A stretch of 64,000 bases of DNA from Mobula hypostoma (taxonomy: Eukaryota). Positions within the stretch are counted from its first letter, which is position 1; each line of letters opens with the position of its first letter. Made by a program: the position numbers and the translations under genes. The stretch lies in NCBI RefSeq assembly GCF_963921235.1, contig NC_086108.1, forward strand, positions 105,278,001-105,342,000, written 5' to 3'. Of the stretch, positions 46,899 to 60,044 are shown in pieces. The notes below the pieces were generated by a model that ran no database searches, was not told the origin of the DNA, and worked only from the letters and a program-made list of their open reading frames with translations.

Positions 46899-49800
46899 TC
46901 AGAACCCTGCACCAGCCTTCCCTCCATACCCCCTGATCCCCGTAGCCACAAGGGCCATATCTAACTCCCTCTTAAATATAGCCAATGAACTGGCCTCAAC
47001 TGTTTCCTGTGGCAGAGAATTCCACAGATTTACCACTCTCTGTGTGAAGAAGTTTTTCCTAATCTCAGTCTTAAAAGGCTTCCCCCTTATCCTCAAACTG
47101 TGACCCCTCATTCTGGACTTCCCCAACATCGAGAACAATCTTCCTGCATCTAGCCTGTCCAATCCCTTTAGGATTTTATACGTTTCAATCAGATCCCCCC
47201 TCAATCTTCTAAATTCCAACGAGTACAAGCCTAGTTCATCCAGTCTTTCTTCATATGAAAGTCCTGCCATCCCAGGAATCAATCTGGTGAACCTTCTTTG
47301 TACTCCCTCTATGGCAAGGATGTCTTTCCTCAGCTTAGGGGACCAAAACTGCACACAATACTCCAGGTGTGATCTCACCAAGGCCTTGTACAACTGCAGT
47401 AGTACCTCCCTGCTCCTGTACTCGAATCCTCTCGCTATAAATGCCAGCATACCATTCACCTTTTTCACCGCCTGCTGTACCTGCATGCCCACTTTCAATG
47501 ACTGGTGTATAATGACACCCAGGTCTCGTTGCACCTCCCCTTTTCCTAATCGGCCACCATTCAGATAATAATCTGTTTTCCTATTTTTGCCACCAAAGTG
47601 GATAACTTCATATTTATCCACATTAAATTGCATCTGCCATGAATTTGCCCACTCACCCAACCTATCCAAGTCACCCTGCATCCTCTTAGCATCCTCCTCA
47701 CAGCTAACACTGCCACCCAGCTTCGTGTCATCCGCAAACTTGGAGATGCTGCATTTAATTCCCTCATCCAAGTCATTAATATATATTGTAAACAACTGGG
47801 GTCCCAGCACTGAGCCTTGCGGTACCCCACTAGTCACTGTCTGCCATTCTGAAAAGGTCCCGTTTATTCCCACTCTTTGCTTCCTGTCTGCTAACCAATT
47901 CTCTATCCACATCAATACCTTACTCCCAATACCGTGTGCTTTAAGTTTGCACACTAATCTCCTGTGTGGGACCTTGTCAAAAGCCTTTTGAAAATCCAAA
48001 TATACCACATCCACTGGTTCTCCCAACCACCGATGTCAGGCTAACCGGTCTATAATTCCCCAGTTTCTCTCTCCCTCCTTTTTTAAAAAGTGAGGTTACA
48101 TTAGCCACCCTCCAATCCTCAGGAACTAGTCCAGAATCTAAAGAGTTTTGAAAAATTATCACTAATGCATCCACTATTTCTTGGGCTACTTCCTTAAGCA
48201 CTCTGGGATGCAGACCATCTGGCCCTGGGGATTTATCTGCCTTTAATCCCTTCAATTTACCTAACACCACTTCCCTACTAACATGTATTTCCCTCAGTTC
48301 CTCCATCTCACTGGACCCTCTGTCCCCTACTATTTCCGGAAGATTATTTATGTCCTCCTTAGTGAAGACAGAACCAAAGTAATTATTCAATTGGTCTGCC
48401 ATTTCCCTGCTCCCCATAATCAATTCACCTGTTTCTGTCTGTAGGGGACCTACATTTGTCTTAACCAATCTTTTTCTTTTCACATATCTATCAAAGCTTT
48501 TACAGTCAGTTTTTATGTTCCCTGCCAGTTTTCTCTCATAATCTTTTTTCCCCTTCCTAATTAAGCCCTTTGCCCTCCTCTGCTGAACTCTGAATTTCTC
48601 CCAGTCCTCAGTTGAGCCACTTTTTCTGGCTAATTTGTATGCTTCTTCTTTGGAATTGATACTATCCCTAATTTCCCTTGTCAGCCATGGGTGCACTACC
48701 TTCCTTGATTTATTCTTTTGCCAAACTGGGATGAACAATTGTTGTAGTTCATCCATGCGATCTTTAAATGCTTGCCATTGCATATCCACCGTCAACCCTT
48801 TAAGTGTCATTTGCCAGTCTATCTTAGCTAATTCACGTCTTATACCTTCAAAGTTACCCTTCTTTAAGTTCAGAACCTTTTTTTCTGAATTAACTATGTC
48901 ACTCTCCATCTTAGTGAAGAATTCCACCATATTATGGTCACTCTTACCCAAAGGGCCTCTCACAACAAGATTGCTAATTAACCCTTCCTCATTGCTCAAT
49001 ACCCAGCCTAGAACTGCCTGCGTCAGACATGTCAGATGTCTGGTTCTCCCCTATCCACTCTACTAGTTACATCCTCAAAAAATTCTGTGAGATTCCTCAG
49101 ACATGATTTTCCTTTCACAAATCCATGCTGACTTTGTCCGATGATTTCACCGCTTTCCAAATGTGCTGTTATCACATCTTTGATAACTGACTCCAGCAGT
49201 TTCCCCACCACCGACGTTAGGCTAACCGGTCTATAATTCCCCGGTTTCTCTCTCCCTCCTTTTTTAAAAAGTGGGGTTACATTAGCCACCCTCCAATCCT
49301 CAGGAACTAGTCCAGAATCTAACAAGTTTTGAAAAATTATCACTAATGCATCCACTATTTCTTGGGCTACTTCCTTAAGCACTCTGGGATGCAGACCATC
49401 TGGCCCTGGGGATTTATCTGCCTTTAATCCCTTCAGTTTATCTAACACCACTTCCCTACTAACATGTATTTCCCTCAGTTCCTCCATCTCACTGGACCCT
49501 CTGTCCCCTACTATTTCCGGAAGATTATTTATGTCCTCCTTAGTGAAGACAGAACCAAAGTAATTATTCAATTGGTCTGCCATGTCCTTGCTCCCCATAA
49601 TCAATTCACCTGTTTCTGTCTGTAGGGGACCTACATTTGTCTTTACCAGTCTTTTCCTTTTTACATATCTATAAAAGCTTTTACAGTCCGTTTTTATGTT
49701 CCCTGCCAGCTTTCTCTCATAATCTTTTTTCCTCTTCCTAATTAAGCCCTTTGTCCTCCTCTGCTGAACTCTGAATTTCTCCCAGTCCTCAGGTGAGCCA

Positions 49801-50630
49801 CTTTCTCTGGCTAATTTGTATGCTTCTTCTTTGGAATTGATACTATCCCTAATTTCCCTTGTCAGCCACGGGTCCACCGTCAATCCTTTAAGTGTCATTT
49901 GCCAATCTATCTTAGCTAATTCACGTCTCATACCTTCAAAGTTACCCCTCTTTAAGTTCAGAACCTTTGTTTCTGAATTAACTATGTCACTGTCCATCTT
50001 AATGAAGAATTCCACCATATTATGGTCACTCTTACCCAAGGGGCCTCTCACAACAAGATTGCTAATTAACCCTTCTTCATTGCTCAAAACTCAGTCTAGA
50101 ATAGCCTGCTCTCTAGTTGCTTCCTTGACATGTTGGTTCAAAAAACCATCCCGCATACATTCCAAGAAATCCTCTTCCTCAGCACCTTTACCAATTTGGT
50201 TCATCCAATCTACATGTAGATTGAAGTCACCCTTTATAACTGCTGTTCCTTTATTGCACACATTTCTAATTTCCTGTTTAATACCATCTCCGACCTCACT
50301 ACTACTGTTAGGTGGCCTGTACACAACTCCCACCAGCGTTTTCTGCCCCCTAGTGTTATGCAGCTCTACCCATATCGATTCCACATCTTCCCGGCTTATG
50401 TCCTTCCTTTCTATTGCGTTAATCTCATCTTTAACCAGCAACGCCACCCCACCTCCTTTTCTTTCATGTCTATCCCTCCTGAATATTGAATATCCCTGAA
50501 AGTTGAGCTCCCATCCTTGGTCACCCTGGAGCCATGTCTCTGTGATCCCAACTATATCATAATCATTAATAACAATCTGCACTTTCAATTCATCCACCTT
50601 ATTACGAATGCTCCTTGCATTGACACACAA
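46899..50630 (-). pseudogene. CR1 ORF2 (APE-RT), disrupted by a stop, deletions and a duplication
   Basis: ORFs 50091-50630 (APE), 49032-50087, 47977-48999 and 46899-48026 (FADD). Confidence 0.9.
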
Positions 50631-50870
50631 AGCCTTCAGGCGCTCTTTTTCAACTCTCTTAGCCCTTATACAATTATGTTAAAAAGTGGCCCTTTTTGAT
50701 GCTTGCCCTGGATTTGTCGGCCTGCCACTTTTACTTTTCTCCTTACTACTTTTTTGCTTCTACCCTCACTTTACACCCCTCTGTCTCTCTGCACTGGTTC
50801 CCATCCCCCTGTTGTGAACTAACCTCGTCTCGCCTAGCCTCTTTAATTTGATTCCCACCCCCGAACCATT

Positions 50871-51830
50871 CTAGTTTAAAGTCACCTCAGTAGCCCCCGC
50901 TAATCTCCCTGCCAGGATATTGGTTCCCCTAGGATTCAAGTGTAACCCGTCCTTTTTGTACAGGTCGCACCCGCGCCAAAAGAGGTCCCAATGATCCAAA
51001 AACTTGAATCCCTGCCTCCTGCTCCAATCCCTCAGCCACGCATTTATCCTCCACCTCATCGCATTCCTACTCTCACTGTCGCATGGCACAGGCAGTAATC
51101 CCGAGATTACTACCTTTGCAGTCTTTTTTCTCAACTCCCTTCCTAGCTCCCTATATTCTCCTTTCAGGACCTCTTCCCTTTTCCTACCTATGTCATTGGT
51201 ACCTATATGTACCACAACCTCTGGCTCCTCACCCTCCCACTTCAGGATATCTTGGACACGATCAGAAATATCCCGGACCCTGGCACCAGGGAGGCAAACT
51301 ACCATCCGGGTCTCTGGACTGCGTCCACAGAATCGCCTATCTGACCCCCTTACTATCGAGTCCCCTATCACAACTGCCCTCCTCTTCCTTTCCCTACCCT
51401 TCTGAGCTACAGGGCCGGACTCTGTGCCGGAGGCACGGCCACTGTCGCTTCCCCCGGGTAAGCTGTCCCCCCCAACAGTACTCAAACAGGAGTACCTATT
51501 GTTAAGGGGCACAGCCACCGGGGTACTCTCTATTACCTGACTCTTCCCCTTCCCCCTCCTAACCGTGACCCACTTGTCTGCCTCCCGTGGCCCTGGTGTG
51601 ACCACCTGCCTATAACTCCTCTCTATCACCTCCTCACTCTCCCTGACCAGACAAAGGTCATCGAGCTGCAGCTCCAGTTCCGTAACGCGGTCCCTTAGGA
51701 GCTGCATCTCGATGCACTTGGCGCAGATGTAGACGTCCGGGAGGCTTGGAGACTCCAGGGCCTCCGACATCCGACACCGAGAACAACAAACTGCCCTGAT
51801 ACTCATACTGCCCCTCTCCTCAAATAACAA
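50871..51830 (-). CDS. CR1 ORF1p (zinc finger/coiled coil plus SGNH esterase), open frame
   Basis: CSRC...CAKC, leucine-rich coil, GDSIVR, HIGTND, DGLHLN. Confidence 0.85.
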   Translation of the reverse strand: MLFEERGSMSIRAVCCSRCRMSEALESPSLPDVYICAKCIEMQLLRDRVTELELQLDDLCLVRESEEVIERSYRQVVTPGPREADKWVTVRRGKGKSQVIESTPVAVPLNNRYSCLSTVGGDSLPGGSDSGRASGTESGPVAQKGRERKRRAVVIGDSIVRGSDRRFCGRSPETRMVVCLPGARVRDISDRVQDILKWEGEEPEVVVHIGTNDIGRKREEVLKGEYRELGRELRKKTAKVVISGLLPVPCDSESRNAMRWRINAWLRDWSRRQGFKFLDHWDLFWRGCDLYKKDGLHLNPRGTNILAGRLAGATEVTLN

Positions 51831-52972
51831 CAGAAAATGAATACCAAACCTTCCTCGCCTCGCCCGTTTCCGCCTAAGCCCGTTGAGAGGAAGCCCTTAA
51901 GTCTTCACTCTGCTCCCGGCTCACTCCGCCGCCCGCAGACTACGCTGCCCGCTGTATGAGGCTCTGTTCCTTTTAAATCTGCCACGCTGCACTGCCCGAC
52001 GTCACACGCCTGCGCAGTCCCACCTCTCTGAACGCCGTTGGAGAAAAAAAAACCGAAAATTTTAAAAATGTCTTCCTCCGCACTCCGCTCCGACTCTCAG
52101 ACTTCCTTCTTCTTCTGCTGTGATTTCTGGCAATTGCTCCCAACCACCCCCCCCAACCTTGTCCAATTCTCTGTTTTGGTCACCCCTCTCACCCCTCTCT
52201 TCTCCTCACCTCCCTCTGGCTCCCCTCCTCCTTCCCTTTCTTCCATGGTGCACTGTCCTCTTTTACCAGATTCCTTCTTCTTCAGCTCTTTAACTCTTCA
52301 CCTCCCAGCTTTTCACATCAGCCCCCCTCCTCCCCCACCCATCCATCCACATTTCCCCTCGCCTGCTCTCACCTTACACCTGCCAGTTTGCACTCTTTTC
52401 CCTCCCCGGATGAAGGGGCTTCTGTCCCCTTCTTTTCCAGTTCTGATGAAGTGTCTCAGCCTGAAATGTCAACTGCTTATTCCCCTCCAGAGTTTGCTGA
52501 GTTTCTCCAGCATTTTGTGTGTGTGTGTGTGCCACAGACATGAGCTAATCCCATTTGCCTGTGTTTGGTCCTTATCCTCCAAAACCTTTTCTATCCCTGT
52601 ACCTGTCTGCAAGTCTTCTTGTCACTGTAACTGTATCTGCCACTACCACGTTCTCCGACATCTTACTCATTATACCTACCGTCCTCCATGCAAAAATCTT
52701 GACCTGCAGGTCCCTGTTAAATCCTTCCACTCTCATCTTAAACCTAAGCACTACCATGGGGGAAAAGAAAATTGCTGTGATCATCCAGCTTATCCAGGCC
52801 CCTCATGACTTTATAAACTCTCTGGTCTGACTCAACAGGTCAGGCAGCGGAATCTGAATCAGAACAGAATCGAGTTGAATATTACTGGTAGATGTTGTGA
52901 AATTTGTTATTTTGCAGCATTAGTACATTACAATACATAATAAACCTGTAAATTATCCTGAGAAATGTGTGC

Positions 52973-53617
52973 AGTACTGTGCAAAAGTCTAAAGCACATG
53001 TAAAATAAATTCTGTAAACCAAAGATGCTTTCAAATATAATTAAATTAAAAGTTTGTAAATATCAAAAAATTGCTATAACGAGCTGTAAACAGTAAAAGA
53101 AAACTAAATCAAATCAATATTTGCCTTTAAAACTGCATCAATTCTCTTGGGTACACTGTTGTGTGGTTTTGTAAGAAAATTGACTGGTAGGTTGTTTTGA
53201 GCATCTTGGAAAACTTGCCATAGTTCTTCTTCAGAATTTCAGAAACACGAAAAAATCTGCAGATGCTGTAAATCCAAAGAAACATGCACAAGATGCTGGA
53301 GGAACTCACCAGGCCAGGCAGCGTCTATGGAAATGAGTAAACAGTTGACATTTCAGGCCTAAACCCTTCATGAGTCCTGATGAAGGGTCTCAGCCCAAAA
53401 CGTCAGCCGTTTATTCTTTTCCATAGATGCTGCCTGGCCTGCTGCACTCCTCCGACAATTTGTGTGTTGCCTCGGCAGACTTTAGCTGTCTCGCTTGCTA
53501 CTGTCTCTCCAAGTAATCCCAAACAGCCTTGATGATGTTGAGATCAGGCGTGGAGGCCATACCATCTGAAACCATATATAAAATCTAGGGTGCTTAAGAC
53601 TTTTTCACAGGATTGTA
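52973..53617. mobile_element. Tc1/mariner-type non-autonomous element with a nested Penelope-derived hairpin (53243-53470)
   Basis: TIRs cagtactgtgcaaaagtctaaagcac / gtgcttaagactttttcacaggattg|ta. Confidence 0.65.
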
Positions 53618-54074
53618 TATAAAAGGATAAATTATATAAGCAGTGCAGGTAGAGAGCAGAGAAAATAGCATGCTGTGTACATAGGTTTATTGTCCATTCA
53701 GAAATCTGATGGTGGACAGGAAGAAGCTTTCTCGGGAACATTGAGTTCAGGCTCCTATCCATCTTCTTTGATGGTAGCAATGTGAAGAGGACACGTCCTG
53801 ACTGATGGAGGTCCTTAATGACAGATGCTGCCTTTTTGAGGCACTGCCTTTAGGAGGTATCCTCAGAGTTGGTTGAATTTGCAACTTCCTTGAGCTTTTC
53901 TGATCCTGTGCAGAGGCCCCTCCAGACTAGTTAGAACTGCAACCAGTTAGAATGCTCTCCACGATATATCTGTAGAAATTTTCATGTGTCTTTGGTGATA
54001 TACCAAACCTCTTCCAACTCCCAATGAAATCTAGCCACAGTTGTGCTTTCTTTGTAATTGCATCAATATGTCGG

Positions 54075-55560
54075 GTCAAGACCCTTCATCTGGAAAGGAA
54101 GGGGCAGAATCTAGAATAAAGTGACACTTTCAGTACGCTGGATGAACTCAGCAGGTCGGGCAGCATCAGTCAGAAACGATGAGTCGACGTTTCGGGCCGG
54201 AACCCTTCGTCAAGACTGAAGAATGAAAGATGGGGAAAGATTTGAAGAATGCTTGTAGCTTCAGTTGAAAGACCAGTAATTTGAAAGACAAAGGGGTGGG
54301 GGAGGGGAAGCATTGACGTCATAGCCCTGAAAACAATGGGTAGTAGAAGAAGGAGGCGGAACCATGAGGGAGCTGGGGGAGGGGGTAGAGTGACATAGGG
54401 ATAGGGGAAGGGAGGGGGAGGGAATTACTGGAAGTTGGAGAATTCTATGATCATAACAAGGAGCTGGAGACTACTTAGACGGTATATGGGGTGTTGCTCC
54501 TCCAACCTGAGCTTAGCCTCATCATGGCAGTAGAGGAGGCCATGTATGGACATATCTGAATGGGAGTGGGAAGCAGAGTTGAAGTGGGTGGCTACTGGGA
54601 GATCCTGTCTGTTGTGGCGGACGGAGTGGAGGTGCTCGACGAAGCGGTCCCCCAATCTGCGTCGGGTTTCACCGATGTAGAGGAGGCTGCACTGGGAGCA
54701 CCGGATGCAATAGATGACCCCAACAGACTCACAAGTGAAGTGTTGTTGTGTTTACAATCCAGAATAAGGTGGTTGTGTGTGGGGGGGAATGGTGAAGGGA
54801 AGAAGGACAAGCTAGAAGGTGATAGGTGAAGCCAGGTGGATGGGGGAGGGGCGATGAACTGAGAAGCTGGGAGATGATAGGTGGAAGAGGTAAAGGGCTG
54901 GAGAAGAAGGAATCTGATAGAAGAGTAGAGTAGACCATGAGAGATAGAGAAGGAGGAGGGCCACCAGGTGGAAGTGATAGGCAGGTGAGCAGAAGAGAAG
55001 AGGTAGGACTGGAGCCAGAATTGGGAATGGAAGAGATAGAAGAGAGGGAAGGGGAAACATTACTGGAAATTAGAGAAATCGGTGTTCTCGCCTTCAGGTT
55101 GGAGGCTACACAAACAGAATATGAGGTATTTTCCATCCAGCCTGAGAGAGGCCTTATTCTGGCAGTAGAGGAAGCCATGAAGTGACATGTCAGAACAGAA
55201 TGAGGATTAGAATTAAAATGGTTGTCCACCGGAAAAGTGGTCAGGGTACACTGACATAGAGAAGGCCACATTGGGAAGACCGGAACATAGACCATCCCAA
55301 ATGATTTGCAGGTGAAGTATTGCCTCACCTGGAAGTATGGTCTGAGGCCTTGAATAGAGGTGAGTGAGGAGCTAGATGGGCAGGTGTAGCACTTCTTCCA
55401 CTTGCAGGGCTAAATGCCAGGAAGGAGATTAGTGGGGAGGGACAAATGGACAAGGGTTTCACAGAGGGAGCAATCTCTACAGAAAGTGGAGAGTTGAAGG
55501 ATGGAGGTAAAGATGTATTTGGTGGTAAGATCCCGTTGAAGATGGTGGAATTTACAGAGA
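54075..55560 (-). mobile_element. Nested Penelope-like element fragments
   Basis: GDRFVEHLHSVRHNRQDLPVATHFNSASHSHSDMSIHGLL; a younger copy (~54125-54745) sits inside an older one. Confidence 0.8.
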
Positions 55561-56149
55561 AACAATTTCATCCATTCTCTCCTTATAACTCATGTCCTCC
55601 AGTCCTGATGACATACTTGTGAATCGTTTACACTGAACATAGAACAGCAGTTTAGTTCTTTCTTTCTAAGTTATTTCTTCATTGATTTTGCTTGGAAGGT
55701 GGCTGTATGTGGTGTCTTTGCACGACAAAGCGATGTAATTCATCAGGACTGTTAATCTCCTTTCGTCAATGCTGCCTGACCTGCTGAGTTCCTCCAACAG
55801 TCTGTACATTGTTCAAGATATCCGGCATCTGCAAAACTTTTTGCATCTGAGTGGATAGTTTTATTCCCTCAGACTATGTTGGGGAGACTTTCAGTGCAGG
55901 ATGTATGCACAGTTTAGCACATTTAGAGAGCCAGCCTCTCCTCCGTGTACTGCCTATACTCTCACTGCCTCAGTAAAGCAACCAGCATCATCAAAGACTC
56001 CACCTACCCTTGAAATTGTCTCTTCTCCCCCTGTCCAATTGTGCAGAAGATAGCAAAGCTTAAAGGCACCAGGCCTTAGGGCATCTTCTATCCCACTACT
56101 GGTAGAGTCTTGCATGATAAGGGTTAATAAGGACCAATGATCGAGTTTC

Positions 56150-57752
56150 TTCACAGAATTAAGGATTAAAAATACATGTGGACTAAGATGTTAACTGCCC
56201 TGTGCTAACACCAGTGGGATTATCAGTTGATCTGCCACCTGTCTTCAGGAGTTTCGGCCCGCTTATGATCAAGACTCCCTCGAGGTGGTGGGCCAGCAGT
56301 GCTAAAGCACCACCTCCCACTGGTGAGATTAAAAACTTGGCATCTGCCTCTGTCAGAGTTGTGGGTCACTTCCATCCAACAGATAGTCTGCTCTTCATGT
56401 GTCTATGTAACTACTGAAGGGTTTGCAAGATATGTATACACTGTCTGACTATCTGCCCCTCTGGACATACTTGGTCCACACCCACGCTGATCCTTTCTCT
56501 GCTGCCTCAGCTACAGCCCTGCTGGTTGACTTGATCTCTCTTCTAGCGAAGCCAAGGTCATGCAGCCACTTCTGGAAAGTGAACGCAATAAACCCACGGC
56601 AGCCTACTTCGAATGGATAGCATGAGACCTTCCACCCTCTGTCTCTGCACTCTGATCTCAACTCTGCATACTTGGTTAACTTGTGCTCATGGGCTTCATC
56701 AATGTTAAGTTCCCAGGGGACTGTGAGTTCACCAATAACCACTTCTCTACTGGTGTCAGACCACACGATTATATCTGGACGCAATGTTGTGAAAGCTATT
56801 TGCTCCGGGAAACTGCCTTTCCCGTCCAGGTCGGCCTTGACACACCAATCATTGGCTGAAGAAAGTATGCTTGATCGTGAGCCTGTGCTGTACACCCTTG
56901 ACTTGGAGCCTTCTTTCACAAACGATGTGCCATGTTCTGTGCAGCATGGGGCATGAGATAAGTTGTGCTGCAGTACTCTCTGCTCAACCGCTTCTGTTAC
57001 AACTTTGAGAATGTTATGTCTCCAAGTGTACATGCCGCTGGAGAGATTGACTCTGCGTGCACTCAAAATATGTTGAAGTGTTCCCTTCTCGCCACAAGCA
57101 GCACACTTGTCTGTCTTATCTTCATACCAGGTGCTGAGGTTGGCAGGTGTTGGGAGCAGATCGTATGCTGCTCTGCATAGAAAAGAAATGCGGAGTGGTT
57201 CCATCCGCCACAGAACATTCCAAGATAGACGTCATTGTTCAACCCTTTCCCACCAGGTCCAAGCCCCTTGTTAGGCCAGGCCAGCTGTTTTAGCTGACCT
57301 CTTCTCCTCTTCTACCTCTCGTATTTCTTGTGTTACAAGCTCACGGCGCTCCCTACCTGTGGAAGATGACCACCACTTGTGAGTTGTCCATCCAAATCCC
57401 TGGCAGCCTAGCTTGATAGCCCCAACCATCTCCTTTTGCTTCAATCTAGACTATACCCCATCAACTGCTACACGGGCTGACCACTTCCTGCCTGATCTCA
57501 CATCCAGCTGGGTGTTCTTGATGACAGGGTCTTTTGAGTCTCGAAGCATCAAGAATGACCTTACCTTGGCTACCTTGATCTCTTCAACAAGGGATTGCGC
57601 TGGGATGGTAAGCTTTGTCTGGCTACTGTGGATTGCAACATTGGTGAGGCTGCTCGGTACTCCAAGCCACTTCTTCACATACTTGTTGATCTTCCGTTCC
57701 ATTGCCTCAACGTGGGACATTGCCACTTCATAGACAGTTAGTGGCCACATTA
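56150..57752 (-). mobile_element. NeSL/Hero-type non-LTR retrotransposon 3' portion (restriction-like endonuclease)
   Basis: Zinc knuckle CAACGEKGTLQHILS, RHN, RPDIIVW..ELTVPWE, KLTKY, EVGCRGF: the RLE signature of R2-group LINEs. Confidence 0.9.
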
Positions 57753-59585
57753 TCCAATGTACATTTACATGTATGAGGAATTTGTGTCGTGTGTTGATGC
57801 GACATGCAAGATAAAACAGCAGCATTTAACAATTATAAAGACTACAGAATTATATTGACTCTTGACCTCATCATCTAGATCTCATACTTTGTTGTTTACC
57901 TGCACTGCACTTTTTTGGTAGCTTTTACACTTTATTCTGCATTGTTATTATTTTACCTTATTCTACCTCAATGCACCGTGTAACTATCTGATCTGTATGA
58001 TCAGTATGTAAGAGAAGCTTTTCACTGTATTTTGGTACATGAGACAATGATGAACCAAAGCCAATTCCAATACCAATAATAGTCCTTTCCCACAGCATGT
58101 CCTTAATCCCCTGTGCTTTCTTCCTCCGGCTAAATGGGGTAATAAAAGCACTATTGTGAGGTGACAATCAATCTGCTGGAAGAACCCAATGGAGTTCGAA
58201 GTTCGAACTTCAAAGCTCAAAGTAAGTCTATTATCAAAAGTATGCTTATGTCACCATATATTAAACTGTGGTTCATCTCTTGTGGGCATTTACAAGAATG
58301 TAAAGAAATGCAATAGAATTTATGAAAAACCATTCATAAATAATGATGGACAAACTGCCAATGTGCAAAAGAGGACAAATTGTGCAAATAATAAATAAAT
58401 AAATAACACTGAGAACATGAGTTATCGCGTCCTTGAAAATGAGTCCATAGGTTGTGGCTTCAATTCAGATTTGAGGAGAGTGAAGTTATCCATGCCAGTT
58501 CAGGATCCTGATACTTGTCGGCTAATAACTGTTCCTGAACCTGGTGCTGTGGGACCCTCTGTGCGATGGTAGAAGTGAGGAGAGGGCATGGCCTAGAAGG
58601 TGGGGGTGCTCGATGATGGATGATGCTTTCCTGCGCCAGAACTCCCTGTAATTGTGCTCAGTGGTGGGAAGGGCTTTGCTGTGATGAATCACCACTTCTT
58701 GCAGACCTCTCCATTCCTGGGCATTTGTGTTTCCATATCAGGCCTTGGTGCAACATCTTATGTCAGAACCCTGCATTAGAAGCTTTGTCAATTCCTTCCC
58801 CCTCGATGGATGCAACTCAACCCTCTAAATTTCTGACAGCATATTGTTTCAGATTCCAATATCTGCAGTCTTGAAGAAGAGCCTTTGTCTGAAACATCAA
58901 ATGTTTATTCATTTCCATAGATGCTGCCTGACCTGCTGAGTTCCTCCAGCACTTTGTGCGTGTTGCTTTGGATTTCCAGCATCTGCAGACTTTCCTAATG
59001 GTTCAAAAGTTCAATGGTTCCATTTATTATCGGGAATGTATACAGTGTACCACCTGAAATTCTCGCTCTCTGTAGACATCCACAAAACAGAAGGAAAGCC
59101 CCAAAGAATGAATGACGCAAACGTGTTAAGACCCCAAAGCCCCCTTCCCAATCCAACACACTAGCAGCAGCAAAAATATCAACCCTCCCTCTCCCCCCTG
59201 ACCCTACCTGCTTCAGCAAAAAAAAGGTATCAGCTCCCCCAGCACCCACTCTGCAAGGAGTAGCAAGTTCCCAAAGAACATGACTTATGTTGATGATTTG
59301 CATTATCTTATGCTGCTATATTGGAGTTGACCGATTGGTGACATCATTAGAGAGCATCAGGTTAGAATGTTCACATGTAATTAGATAAACATGCAGCAAG
59401 GAAAAATTTGTAAGGATACAGGGAAGCAGCTGGGTTGGGTGCAAAAATGTTACTCTGGTAGAGATCTGTATGAATATGATGGGCTGATTGGCCTCCTCCT
59501 GTACAGAATCTTTTTATGATTTCTTTTAAAAATTTAAGATCTTAAAGATTATCTTTATTTTTCACCTGTGCATTGAAACATTATG

Positions 59586-59790
59586 AGCAGCTGGTACATA
59601 TCACAAGTCCTGGTTATGCGACCTCTGACGCCAGGCAGACAATCTCTGGAGAGTATCGGTAATGGCTGGGGTCACCTGTCTTGTAAAGACACTGCCCAGA
59701 AGAAGACAATGGCAAACCACTTCTGTAGAAAAATTTTCCAAGAACAGTTATGGTCATGGAAAGACCATGATCACCCATGTCATACGTGAT
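59586..59790 (+). mobile_element. RTE-related SINE-like fragment
   Basis: Contains aatggcaaaccacttctgta, resembling the Bov-A/RTE motif. Confidence 0.45.
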
Positions 59791-60044
59791 ATCGTAACAA
59801 ACAAACATTGAAACATGCGGTGAAGTGCATTGCTTGTATCAAATCAAATCAGTGTGGATTGTGCTAGCCAGCCTGCAAGTTTCACTATGCTTCTGGCACC
59901 AACATAGCATGCTCACAACTCACTGTACATCTTTGAAATATGGGAGGAAACTGGAGTACCCAAAGGAAAACCACGTGGTCACAAGGAGAATGTACAAGCT
60001 CTTACAGACAGTGGCGGGAATGGAATCCAGGCCATTAGTACTGT

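Larger units (their letters stand above)
46807..52100 (-). mobile_element. Near full-length CR1 LINE with internal tandem duplication
   Basis: CpG-rich 5' UTR, ORF1, APE, RT and (ttctatgt)n tail; the ORF2 linker/RT-N segment is present twice. Confidence 0.95.

Noticed and set aside
52038..52808. 256-aa ORF as a host gene
   Set aside because: Low-complexity read-through across a CR1 5' end, a Penelope pLTR and CR1 fragments; no domain recognised.
56225..56300. Hammerhead ribozyme in the Hero-like 3' UTR (GGAGTC...GAAACTCC, minus strand)
   Set aside because: No CUGAnGA box in the required position; more likely an ordinary 3' stem-loop.
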